64,000 nt of DNA from Candidatus Latescibacterota bacterium (GTDB lineage: Bacteria; Latescibacterota; UBA2968; UBA8231): assembly GCA_965215195.1 (NCBI GenBank), contig CBDCDC010000002.1:224001-288000 (forward strand), written 5' to 3'. Under the pieces are notes generated by a model. The model did no database searches. It worked only from the letters and a program-made list of their open reading frames with translations, and was not told the DNA's origin. The position numbers and the translations under genes are program-made. This document shows, in pieces, positions 49,703 through 58,789 of the stretch (position 1 is the first letter of the stretch; each line of letters begins with the position of its first letter).

Positions 49703-52333
49703 TTACTCTTGCCCAGTGCTGGCGAAGACGCGAATGAACCCCAGCGAGGTGTTGCGATCCTCGGCCGCGAAGTTTTGCTCCTCTAGCTGAAGGCCCGCAT
49801 TTAAGGTTAGTTGGTAGCCCAAATAGGCCGACGTATTGGAGAACAAAATCGAATAGACGCGGCTGGTAAAGTCCTCGGCAAAACCGACTTGTAGCTCGGC
49901 CGGCTGGTCGCGCAAGTTCTCAAACCAACTGAACTCTAGGCCGAGCGCGATCCAAGTCTGTTCGAGGATCGCGTAGCGCGAAATCAAGAACAGGGTTTCC
50001 TCTAGCTCGCGGATATTGGCCTGCGACCGATCGGTGGGAACCTCGCGCCTGAAGGTGCTCTTCCACTTGGGCCAGATGGTCAGGTCCGCGCCGATGGGAA
50101 TGGTGTAGTCGGCTTTGGTGATCAGCCCGAAAAACGAGCGGTCGCGCTTGTCGGCGGCCTGCTCGCCCCGCTGGTTGAAAAGCTCGTGTTTGACCTTGGC
50201 GGTCGCCCTGAAGTTGCGGATGCGGTTGTAGTTGGCCTGCAAATAAACGCTGTTGACGAAAGTGTCTTGGTTGTCGAGCGGATCGGTAAAATCCGTCCGG
50301 CCCGTTGGGTCGATCCACCGCAGGCGGTCTTCTGGGATGTTGTCCGCCACGAATTTGGCGTGCTCAAAGAGCGCGATCCGCAGGCCCGGGTAGTTCCAGC
50401 GCACGGTGAACAAACCGTAGTTGGCCTTGCTCTTGCGCGCCGAGCTTAGCTGGCGCTCGCTCAAGCGGCCGAGGGTTAGCTGGGCGTCCTCGCTGAGCAT
50501 CAGGCCGCCGTAGGCGTTGTAGCCGCGGTGGTCGCGGTCGTAGGGATAGTCGGGCTGGCGGTCGTCTTCAAAGCGGTCGATCAGGGTGTTGTTGTTCATG
50601 TCCATGCCGAAGAGAAAGGCCGGAGGATCGACCTCGTAGCGCAGAAAAGGCTCGTCGTAGTCGGGCCGCGAGTTGCGGTTTTGGTTGAAGTCGGAGACGA
50701 AGTCGTTGTTTTCGTCTAGCCCGGGGAACACTTCTAAGTCGGCACCCACCGACCCGCCCGAAGCGCCCACGCCGGTGCCGAATTGGCCGGCCCGCTGCCA
50801 GTCGGCAAAGCGGTCTTGGTCGTCGTTGTCATCGACGAACTCGAAGAGGTGGAAAATCTCGCTGCTATAGTCGATGCCGCCCAGCGAGTTGGCCATGAAC
50901 GCGGTCGTGCTGTAATCGGGGTCCATTGTGAACATCTCGCCGTAGGCAAACCACGGATAGGTGGTATAAGACGCGGTTATATAACCGGCCTCTCCCTTGT
51001 CTTCGGCGAGGGTGTGGTGCTCTAAGTTTTGGTTGGGGAAGCGCCGGAAGCGCCGGTTGCGCACGAACTCGGCGCGCAGGTCTAGCCCGCCGAGGCTCAG
51101 AATCTCGAAATCCACCCCGATTACATCGCTGCCGGTGGGCAGCCCGTACTCAAAGCGCAAAAACTGCTGGTTCGACCCGTCGGATATTTCGCCTTCGGCT
51201 TGCGCCACGGGCAAGAAGACCGGGTCGCCCAAGCGGTCGGTCTGCACGTTGGACGTGACGTCCACTCGGTAGTCGTTGGCCAGAATCAGCTCGAACTCGA
51301 TTTTGTGCGCCTCCTGATAGGTCGGCACCTTTTCGGTGGGCCGGAAGCTGTTGCGGATGTCGTAGATCAGTTCGATGTTGTCCACGCCCTTGGCCTCTAA
51401 GCTGCCGCCGGTGCGGATCCCGCCGCGCACGATCGGGGTGATTTCCGGGTGAATCTCGCCATCGATCAGCACTCGGTCGAAAAACAGCAGCGCACCCTCG
51501 TCGCTCGACTCGGGCGAATCGTCCGAGATGAGGATCGTCACGGTCTCGACGCTGCCCGTGTTCTGCGGCGTGGTCAAGACGCCCTTGAGCGAATTGTCGC
51601 CCATGTCGAGGGTGCTCCGCGCGTTGTGGGCGCTGACCCACGTCGCCCCCACCTTGGCGAAGTCGCCCACTTGGGCCACGCCCCGGCCGCCGAGCAGGCG
51701 GGTGGAATTTTCCACGAGGGCTGCGGCCTCGGACTGGGTGCCGGCCGGGTTGGCCGGCGAGCTGATGCGCGAGCCGAGGAACGTGAATGCGTACTTGTCG
51801 GAGAGGAAATCCCACTGGATGCCGTTGAAGGTCGGCTTGGAGAAGGTCAGTGGGGTCAGGGTGGTGCGGATGGCGTCGCCTACGGTCAGCGCGGTGTGAA
51901 ACTGGCCCTTGTGCGCAGACGAGATCACCACGCGGTCGAACCAACTGCTGTAGCGCGGGCTTTTGAAGATGCCGCTGCCTTGGCGCAGGGGATTGTTCTC
52001 GGTCCAGTCGTAAATCGTCCAGCCGCGGGCAATGTAGTTGCCGAAGGCATCGTAGTGGCGGTTCCCCTCTAGCTGTATATCGACGTAGCGCTCGTACTCG
52101 TCGCGGGCGTAGTTGCTGTACTCCCAGCCCCGCCAGCCGTATTCGTAGAAGAGGTTTTGCGGCAGGTAGAACTTGCGGCGATTGGGCGCTAGGGCACCGG
52201 GGTGGATTCGCACCCCGTAGATTCCTGGCTCGGCTATGGGCCGATAGCCGGTAGTCAACTGGGCTGAAGTGCTGTCCCAGCCTAGCGCCAGCAACGCGAG
52301 TGCTGCACACAATGCCGATCGAGACAAATACAT
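49703..52333 (-). CDS. Large exported protein with acidic Ca-binding-like loops and probable beta-barrel
   Basis: Signal peptide; DDNDDQD, DENNDFVSD and DMNNN loops; alternating beta-strands toward the C-terminus. Confidence 0.7.
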   Translation of the reverse strand: MYLSRSALCAALALLALGWDSTSAQLTTGYRPIAEPGIYGVRIHPGALAPNRRKFYLPQNLFYEYGWRGWEYSNYARDEYERYVDIQLEGNRHYDAFGNYIARGWTIYDWTENNPLRQGSGIFKSPRYSSWFDRVVISSAHKGQFHTALTVGDAIRTTLTPLTFSKPTFNGIQWDFLSDKYAFTFLGSRISSPANPAGTQSEAAALVENSTRLLGGRGVAQVGDFAKVGATWVSAHNARSTLDMGDNSLKGVLTTPQNTGSVETVTILISDDSPESSDEGALLFFDRVLIDGEIHPEITPIVRGGIRTGGSLEAKGVDNIELIYDIRNSFRPTEKVPTYQEAHKIEFELILANDYRVDVTSNVQTDRLGDPVFLPVAQAEGEISDGSNQQFLRFEYGLPTGSDVIGVDFEILSLGGLDLRAEFVRNRRFRRFPNQNLEHHTLAEDKGEAGYITASYTTYPWFAYGEMFTMDPDYSTTAFMANSLGGIDYSSEIFHLFEFVDDNDDQDRFADWQRAGQFGTGVGASGGSVGADLEVFPGLDENNDFVSDFNQNRNSRPDYDEPFLRYEVDPPAFLFGMDMNNNTLIDRFEDDRQPDYPYDRDHRGYNAYGGLMLSEDAQLTLGRLSERQLSSARKSKANYGLFTVRWNYPGLRIALFEHAKFVADNIPEDRLRWIDPTGRTDFTDPLDNQDTFVNSVYLQANYNRIRNFRATAKVKHELFNQRGEQAADKRDRSFFGLITKADYTIPIGADLTIWPKWKSTFRREVPTDRSQANIRELEETLFLISRYAILEQTWIALGLEFSWFENLRDQPAELQVGFAEDFTSRVYSILFSNTSAYLGYQLTLNAGLQLEEQNFAAEDRNTSLGFIRVFASTGQE

Positions 52334-52388
52334 GGGAATACCCCTCCCTCAAGAGGCTTGGCCGAATGGGCTAGGAACTAGCGGTTCG

Positions 52389-54683
52389 TTAGTACGCTAC
52401 GTTGATGACCCGCGTCAGATTCTGGACATCCGCCTGCGCGTCCACCTCAATTCGGCACACGTAAATCCCCGGGGGTACGCGCTGGCCTGCGTCGTCTTCG
52501 CCATTCCACGTATAGACGAGGAAGCCGTCGGTGCTGCGGCCGCCCGCCAACGAGCCGACCTGCCGCCCGTCGAGCGCATAGATAGCGACCGCTAGCGGGG
52601 CGTCGGCCTTTAATAATGCGAAGCGAATATAGGCTTGGTCGCCGATCCCGTCGCCGTTGGGCGTGAGGACCTTGGGCGAAATGGCGACTTTGTCGATCAG
52701 GCTCTCGGACGCGGGCACGGCGGGCAGAAATACCGTGGTGGCCGCCCGCCCGGCCGGATCGACCTGCTGCCAGAATTCCATTTCGTCGGTGTGGCCGACG
52801 AAGGCCGAAAAGAGATAGGGATTGGCGAATACGTTGACTTGCAGGTCGATTTCGACCTCTTGCCGCCGGACGACTTGCGGCAACTCCACTACCAGCGAAT
52901 CGGGCAATAGCACTAGGGAGACCGGCTCAACCTCGGTTCCGGCGACGCGGATGGCCACGCTCTCGGCGGCGGCCTGCGATGGCGTGTTGAGCCGCAGCCG
53001 GTTAAAGCCCTTGTCCCCGGATTTGAAGTCCGGCTGCAACGCGTACGTAAAATTTTCCGGCTCGCCCACTTGGGCCTCGTTTGGGGCGACTTGGCCGAGC
53101 GCACCGTTGAGGAACGAGTCCGTGTAGTTGAGCCGCAGCCCCTTTAGAGTGGGGGCCACCTCTGGGCTGTCCGATTTGAGCAGCACCCTGAACTGCACGT
53201 AGCGCCTCGGGCTGGGCGAGAGAAACTCTTGGCCGGAAAACAAGTACGTATTGCTCCAGCCGCTCCAATCCGCGCTCGGCCGAATGTAGGGCACGATGTC
53301 GCCCTTCCACCGTTTCTTTAGGGCGTTGTATTCGTCCTCGGTCACTTCGTGGCCCTTGCGGTGGTAGTACGTATTGCCCTCGTCGAGGCCGCTGCCCGAG
53401 CGCGTCTGCGCCAAAATTTGCGTTCCCAGGGGCAGATCGGCGTCCCATTCGAGGGTGCGAAAAACCTTGGGGCGGTCTTCTATCTTGAGGAAGTCCGAGC
53501 GCAATTCCACTTCGGCCACATAGCCGGTGGGCACGACGACGGCTTCGGCCATGGCGCCGCTGCTGCTGCCCCCGAAGATCATTTCGAGATGGCGCAGGGG
53601 CCGGTACGGGTGCATGAGATAGGTGATCGGCTCGGGATTGTTCCAATCGCTTGGCGCGGGGAAGTCGAAGAGTACGTCGAAGTCAATGTCGCCGGAGGGC
53701 TTGAGCTCGCCGGCCGAGCCCAGCAGCCGGTGGCGCAAGATGCGCGGCCGACCCCAAGTGGTGGTCTCCTGAAACGCTACGAAGATGACGCGGTTGATCC
53801 AAAAGACCGCGCCCAGATCCCAGCGCCACTGGGCGATGAACTGGCCGGTCTCGCTCCAGTTGAGCTCCTCCCAGAAGGTATTGACATCGCCGTCGATCAT
53901 CTTCGGAGCGCGCTCTTTGCCCTGATCGTCAATTATCCCGCCCCGCGCTGCGGTGCCTTGGGCGATGTTCTGTCCAAACGAGATGACCTCGACCTCTGCG
54001 AGGGCCGCGTCCGCGCTCTTGACGTCGGCTATGATGCGGATGTACTGGGTGGGAGCAAAGGCCGTGGAGGCCTCGGTGCCCTCGGCGGCTTGGCCAAAGC
54101 TCAGCACCCGTTTGGTGGCCTCGCCAAAGGCCACAGGATACGACAACAGGGTCTCTTCGTTGCGCTTGGTCGTGCCGCCGATGAGGTTGAAGAGGAAGAC
54201 ATCGTCGGTGATTGATTGGAACTTGCCGTCGGAGCCAAAGACCCGGAGTGCCCGCAGCGGGCGCGCCCCTTCCTCGTCGGGGAAGTGCAGGCGAATCTCC
54301 TTGACGGCCACCATCCGGCCCAAGTCAATTTCGAGCCACCAATCGCTAAGTTCGTCGTCTTGGCTGGGTTGCCAGTAGGTGGTGATGTCGTCGTCGATGA
54401 TCAAGTGGGCGTCGGCCGCGTTGGACCCGGCCTTCCACACCCCGCCGCGCTGCTCTTTGACCTTCTTTAGTTCGTGCGTGAACAGCGGGGAACTCGGCGC
54501 GGCGTTGAAGGGCTGCTCGAACCGAACCGGCTTGATCGACCCGTCCGCTCGCAGGTCGAGGGTGCCGACCGGGAAAATCCACGTCTCCCACTGGGCCTTG
54601 GTGTTTACTGCAAAGACCTCTTGAGAATGGGCAAAACCCGCCGGCAAAACCAGCGTCAGCAAACTAAGCCATAGTCGGTTCAC
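52389..54683 (-). CDS. Secreted protein with discoidin/F5-8-like modules and FlgD/CHU_C-type C-terminal domain (paralog 3)
   Basis: WWLEIDLG, IDGDVNTFW, WSGWS, SPSPRRYVQF and LTPNGDGIGD...WNGED...PGIY. Confidence 0.8.
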   Translation of the reverse strand: MNRLWLSLLTLVLPAGFAHSQEVFAVNTKAQWETWIFPVGTLDLRADGSIKPVRFEQPFNAAPSSPLFTHELKKVKEQRGGVWKAGSNAADAHLIIDDDITTYWQPSQDDELSDWWLEIDLGRMVAVKEIRLHFPDEEGARPLRALRVFGSDGKFQSITDDVFLFNLIGGTTKRNEETLLSYPVAFGEATKRVLSFGQAAEGTEASTAFAPTQYIRIIADVKSADAALAEVEVISFGQNIAQGTAARGGIIDDQGKERAPKMIDGDVNTFWEELNWSETGQFIAQWRWDLGAVFWINRVIFVAFQETTTWGRPRILRHRLLGSAGELKPSGDIDFDVLFDFPAPSDWNNPEPITYLMHPYRPLRHLEMIFGGSSSGAMAEAVVVPTGYVAEVELRSDFLKIEDRPKVFRTLEWDADLPLGTQILAQTRSGSGLDEGNTYYHRKGHEVTEDEYNALKKRWKGDIVPYIRPSADWSGWSNTYLFSGQEFLSPSPRRYVQFRVLLKSDSPEVAPTLKGLRLNYTDSFLNGALGQVAPNEAQVGEPENFTYALQPDFKSGDKGFNRLRLNTPSQAAAESVAIRVAGTEVEPVSLVLLPDSLVVELPQVVRRQEVEIDLQVNVFANPYLFSAFVGHTDEMEFWQQVDPAGRAATTVFLPAVPASESLIDKVAISPKVLTPNGDGIGDQAYIRFALLKADAPLAVAIYALDGRQVGSLAGGRSTDGFLVYTWNGEDDAGQRVPPGIYVCRIEVDAQADVQNLTRVINVAY

Positions 54684-54699
54684 GGCTACCGCTCCTTTC

Positions 54700-56661
54700 T
54701 CAATGCGCTACACCCATGCTGCTAGCGCGCACGAATGTCTCGCGTTCAGTGTGGACTTGGACCACGGCGAGGTACAGCCCCGGCCGGACGATCTGCCCTT
54801 GGCTGTCGCGCCCGTCCCAAGCCACGGCATAAGCACCGCTGGTGCTTTCGGCGTCGAGGACGGTATGCACTCGGCGACCAGCCAAATCGAAAATTTCAAC
54901 GGCGACTGCGACCGGCTTTACCAACTGCAACAGGCTGTAGATTAGCTCTACTTGGTCGTTGATGCCGTCCCCGTTGGGGGTGAAGACCGGGCTGCTCACC
55001 GCCAAGGAGGACACCAACTGGCTGGCCGAAGCGGCCGTCGTCAGCACCCGCAGAGCATTGGTCAGCACTTCCGGGTTGGCGTCTCCGGGCTGCACCCGCT
55101 GGGGTACGCCGCCATCCTCGGCCTGCGAGTCGAAGACCTCGGCCTCGACCGAGGTGCCTTGGACGAAAATCTGTGCATCGAACACGGCGCGCATTCGGTG
55201 AATGCCGATCTCTGGCCGCTGCGAGGGAAAGAAAATGGTCAGGCTACCCAACTCCGCCTGCACGCTATCGGGCGCGACCTCGACCCGGTCTTCTCCGGTG
55301 AAGAACTGCCGAAACACCGGCGTCGATTGGGGGGTGAGGATGCGCAGGGCGTCAAAGCCCGTGTCCGCCTCCTCGATTTGGGCCACGACATCGTAGGCAA
55401 AGGTCGTAAAGTCGCCGGCGGTCACAATGGGCACGTCGCCGGGGGGACGGGGGACGTCTAACTGGGAAATCTCGGCCACCAAGAGCTGGGCCACCGGCGG
55501 GATCGTGTGTTCGACGCGCAGGGATGTGAGCCGCAGGCCATCGAGGATCGCGCCGCTTTCGATCCGCACCTCAAACTGGAAGTAGCGCCTTGGGCTGGGT
55601 AGTTCAATGGGCTGGCCGGACTCGGTGAAGGGCGCCGACCACAGGCTCCAGTTGACTTGATCGTCGTCAATGGGACCGCGCACGCCCTCGTCGAGGGCCT
55701 TGTACTCGCTTTCGGTGACGACCTGCCGCTCGCGGGTAAAAAGGTCGGTGTACTCGTAATAGACCCGGGGATTGTCGTCTAGGCCGGTGCGCATCACCAC
55801 CGTCAAATCGGCGTCAGCGGTTGGCTCGACGACTAGCTCGTCGCCGCTTTGGCGCAGCTTTTCCAGCGTCCATTCCACGCGGCTGAAATTGGCCGGCTCT
55901 CCGAGGTCGATGATTTCCGAACGATAGGAGCCGGCCGGCGCAAACCCCGTGCCGAAGAGCTGGAATTCGGCCAGTTCAAACGGACTGGCCGAAGTGACTT
56001 CTAGTTCGATATAGCGGACGAATTGCAGGGGAAAGTCGATCTGCGCCGTGTTCTCGCGGGTGAAGTCAACGCGCTTGATGGGGGCGTAGATCGGCTCGTC
56101 CCGCTCGTTGAAGCTGGCACCGTCGTTGACCTTGAGCACAAAGCCGCGGATGTAGTCTTCGCTGAACGGCCTTCCCTCCGAGCTGAGGCCCTCCAAGCGC
56201 GGAAAAAACGCGATCCGATTGGCGGGAAAACGGGTTCCCAAGTCAAAGAAAAACTTGGTGCCGTCTTGGGCGATGCCAAAGCGCTTAAACGCGAGGTGGG
56301 TGGAGGTCGTGTCAATGCCATCGACGATCTCCAAGAGGGGACGCACGACCGCTATGTTGTCCCAGATCAGGGCTTGGGCGCGCTCCTCCACGTAGCCAGC
56401 GGGAAACCCATCGACCCAAGTCAGGCTCGGAATGACGTTGTCCTCAGAGGTAAAGGCCACGAGCTGGATGATGCTTGGCACGTTGAAACTCATCGCGGTG
56501 GAGCGCAGCTCGTGCTCCCGCCACGCGGCCCCTTCGTCCCCGCCTACCGTCCACTGGCGGACTTCCCCAGCCGTCGGTCGTGGAGCGAGGACCACAGCGA
56601 CTATACACAGCCCCGCAAGGCGAGAAATTGTCGTGCGCAAGCCCATTGGTTGGAAATCCAT
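54700..56661 (-). CDS. Secreted protein with FlgD/CHU_C-type C-terminal domain (paralog 2)
   Basis: FDLG, WSLWS, PSPRRYFQF and FTPNGDGIND...WDGRD...PGLY; start taken at 56661, just after the upstream stop. Confidence 0.8.
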   Translation of the reverse strand: MDFQPMGLRTTISRLAGLCIVAVVLAPRPTAGEVRQWTVGGDEGAAWREHELRSTAMSFNVPSIIQLVAFTSEDNVIPSLTWVDGFPAGYVEERAQALIWDNIAVVRPLLEIVDGIDTTSTHLAFKRFGIAQDGTKFFFDLGTRFPANRIAFFPRLEGLSSEGRPFSEDYIRGFVLKVNDGASFNERDEPIYAPIKRVDFTRENTAQIDFPLQFVRYIELEVTSASPFELAEFQLFGTGFAPAGSYRSEIIDLGEPANFSRVEWTLEKLRQSGDELVVEPTADADLTVVMRTGLDDNPRVYYEYTDLFTRERQVVTESEYKALDEGVRGPIDDDQVNWSLWSAPFTESGQPIELPSPRRYFQFEVRIESGAILDGLRLTSLRVEHTIPPVAQLLVAEISQLDVPRPPGDVPIVTAGDFTTFAYDVVAQIEEADTGFDALRILTPQSTPVFRQFFTGEDRVEVAPDSVQAELGSLTIFFPSQRPEIGIHRMRAVFDAQIFVQGTSVEAEVFDSQAEDGGVPQRVQPGDANPEVLTNALRVLTTAASASQLVSSLAVSSPVFTPNGDGINDQVELIYSLLQLVKPVAVAVEIFDLAGRRVHTVLDAESTSGAYAVAWDGRDSQGQIVRPGLYLAVVQVHTERETFVRASSMGVAH

Positions 56662-56663
56662 GC

Positions 56664-58724
56664 TTAGTACGCTACGGCCACCGCCCCGAAGCGCACCACC
56701 CGGCCTCGGTCGGTGTTGGCCCCAATGCGCGCTAGATACACGCCTGGCGCGACGAGCTGATTGGCTTTGTCGCGGCCGTCCCATTGCAGGGCGTGATGCC
56801 CGGCACCCTGTACCCCGCCCGACAGGCTCCTTACCCGCTGCCCGGCCAAAGTCAGCAGCTCGACATCCACTTCGACCGCATCGAGTACGCTGAACAAGGT
56901 GTATTCAATGGCCACTTGGTCGTTGATGGCATCGCCTTGGGGCGTGAAGACCGCGGGCGCGATCACCACTTCGGACAGCACGGATTCAAGAGAGCCTGAA
57001 CGGACTAGTACCCGCAGTTGGTCGGTGCCCAATTCGTCGCTGGCATTGCCGCCTTCAACGCCTTGGGGCAGGGAGTCGCCCTGCCGCGCAAAGACCTCGG
57101 CGCGTAGCTGGTCGGACGCGCCGTACACGGTCGTCTCCAACCGCAACCTAAGCTCGTCGCTGGTGGCCGGCCCGATCATCTGCGGCAAATAGACCGCCAA
57201 GTCGCTCCCTTCGTCGACGATGCTGTCCGGCACTGCGGCTGCCAGCGGGTCGCCCATCTCCAGCCCCAGCACCCGGCCCGCAGAAGGCAGGCCCAACCGC
57301 ACCGCGTCAAAGCCCTGCTGGCCGGCGTCGGAAAACTCGGCGCGCAAGTCGAGGACGAACTCGGTGCGTGCGCCCGCGGGCACTTGTGGCACTTTGCCGT
57401 CGGGGCGCAATTGGTCAACCGCAGCGACCTCGCCCACGATCCGGTCGGCCAGAAGCGGGGAGGTCTCGATGGCGAGCCAATCGAGGCGGGCGAACTCCCA
57501 CAAGGCTTCGGTCTCTAGCTGGATTTGTAGCTGAATATAGCGCCCCTTGGGCACGCGGGGCCGCTGCCCGGAAACCCGGATCGGCGGCGACCAGAAGCTC
57601 CAGTTGTTTACATCGTCGGCAATGACGCCCTGCCAGCCTACGGCCGGCGGATCCCACGGCCACACGCGCGGCTTGAGCTTGGCATAGACATCCTTTTCTA
57701 CTTCTACAGGCTGGGCCAAGTCGTTGTACGAGTGGTAGGCGGTGGGGCTGTCGTCCAACCCGGTTTTGATCTCGATGTTGACTCCGGCCTTGGCGTTGGG
57801 AGCTTCGACCCATTGCTCTCGGTCGCGCCGATAGGTACTCAAGCCGAAGTTCACCGCGCCGATATTGATCAGATCGCCCATGTCGATCACCTGCGATAAC
57901 CAACGCGCCCGGGGGACGAAACCGCGGCCGTAAACCTCTAGCTCGGCCAGCGCATAGCGCGTGAACTTGGGTGGGGCGTCTGGAAGCACCCGCATGCGGA
58001 AGAAGCGCAGGTACTGGAGCGGAAAGTCGATCGCGATAACAGCGTCGAAGTTTTGCTCCACCTTGGCCAACAGTTTATCCAGCGGCAGGTAGTAGTCCGT
58101 CTCCTGCGTACCGGCGACACCCGAGCGGAATTGCGGGGGTAGTTGGGTTTCGACGGCGACCTTGTCGTTGCTGGCCGTCAGTTCGTAGGCTTCGAATTTG
58201 TAGTTGGGTCGATACGGCTCTTGGAAGAAGGGGTCGTTGCCCTCGGGCGGCACCAACTTGAAGCGGTCGGCGGGAATTTGCATGCCCATATCGAGCGTGT
58301 AGAACTCGCCCCAGATGCCCCCTAGTCCGCCGCTGCCCTGAAAGTCGCGCCCCTCGTAAAAAGTGTTGAGATCTCCGTCGATAAATTCCATCGGGTTGGA
58401 GACGTGGCCGGGCCGGGAGACGTCGCCGATTGCCCGCCAGATGCGCGGCATCCCCTCTTGGTAGTTGATGTCGATAGGCTGCCGATAGCGCGTCCAGTGG
58501 CGCAACTGGGTCACCACATTGACGTCGGGCTTGAGTTCGAGTGGTTGGATCGCGCCCGGGGTCGTGGCGTTATCGACCATCAGGTTGACCAGCGTCTGCT
58601 CTTCCCAGTTGAGGCCATCGGCACCGCCGAGGCGGAACTGCGACACTTGCGCTCCAGCCGTGCAGACTTGCGCTACGGCCATGCACGCCGCTGCCAAAAA
58701 GAGCTTGGATTTCATACCAGCCAT
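56664..58724 (-). CDS. Secreted protein with FlgD/CHU_C-type C-terminal domain (paralog 1)
   Basis: Signal peptide; IDGDLNTF, LDMG, WSFWS, RYIQL and FTPQGDAIND...WDGRD...PGVY. Confidence 0.8.
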   Translation of the reverse strand: MAGMKSKLFLAAACMAVAQVCTAGAQVSQFRLGGADGLNWEEQTLVNLMVDNATTPGAIQPLELKPDVNVVTQLRHWTRYRQPIDINYQEGMPRIWRAIGDVSRPGHVSNPMEFIDGDLNTFYEGRDFQGSGGLGGIWGEFYTLDMGMQIPADRFKLVPPEGNDPFFQEPYRPNYKFEAYELTASNDKVAVETQLPPQFRSGVAGTQETDYYLPLDKLLAKVEQNFDAVIAIDFPLQYLRFFRMRVLPDAPPKFTRYALAELEVYGRGFVPRARWLSQVIDMGDLINIGAVNFGLSTYRRDREQWVEAPNAKAGVNIEIKTGLDDSPTAYHSYNDLAQPVEVEKDVYAKLKPRVWPWDPPAVGWQGVIADDVNNWSFWSPPIRVSGQRPRVPKGRYIQLQIQLETEALWEFARLDWLAIETSPLLADRIVGEVAAVDQLRPDGKVPQVPAGARTEFVLDLRAEFSDAGQQGFDAVRLGLPSAGRVLGLEMGDPLAAAVPDSIVDEGSDLAVYLPQMIGPATSDELRLRLETTVYGASDQLRAEVFARQGDSLPQGVEGGNASDELGTDQLRVLVRSGSLESVLSEVVIAPAVFTPQGDAINDQVAIEYTLFSVLDAVEVDVELLTLAGQRVRSLSGGVQGAGHHALQWDGRDKANQLVAPGVYLARIGANTDRGRVVRFGAVAVAY

Positions 58725-58789
58725 CTCCTAAAAACAGAAACATCGCACGGCGAATATAACGCAAAACAGCAGGTGCCTGTCAAATTAAT

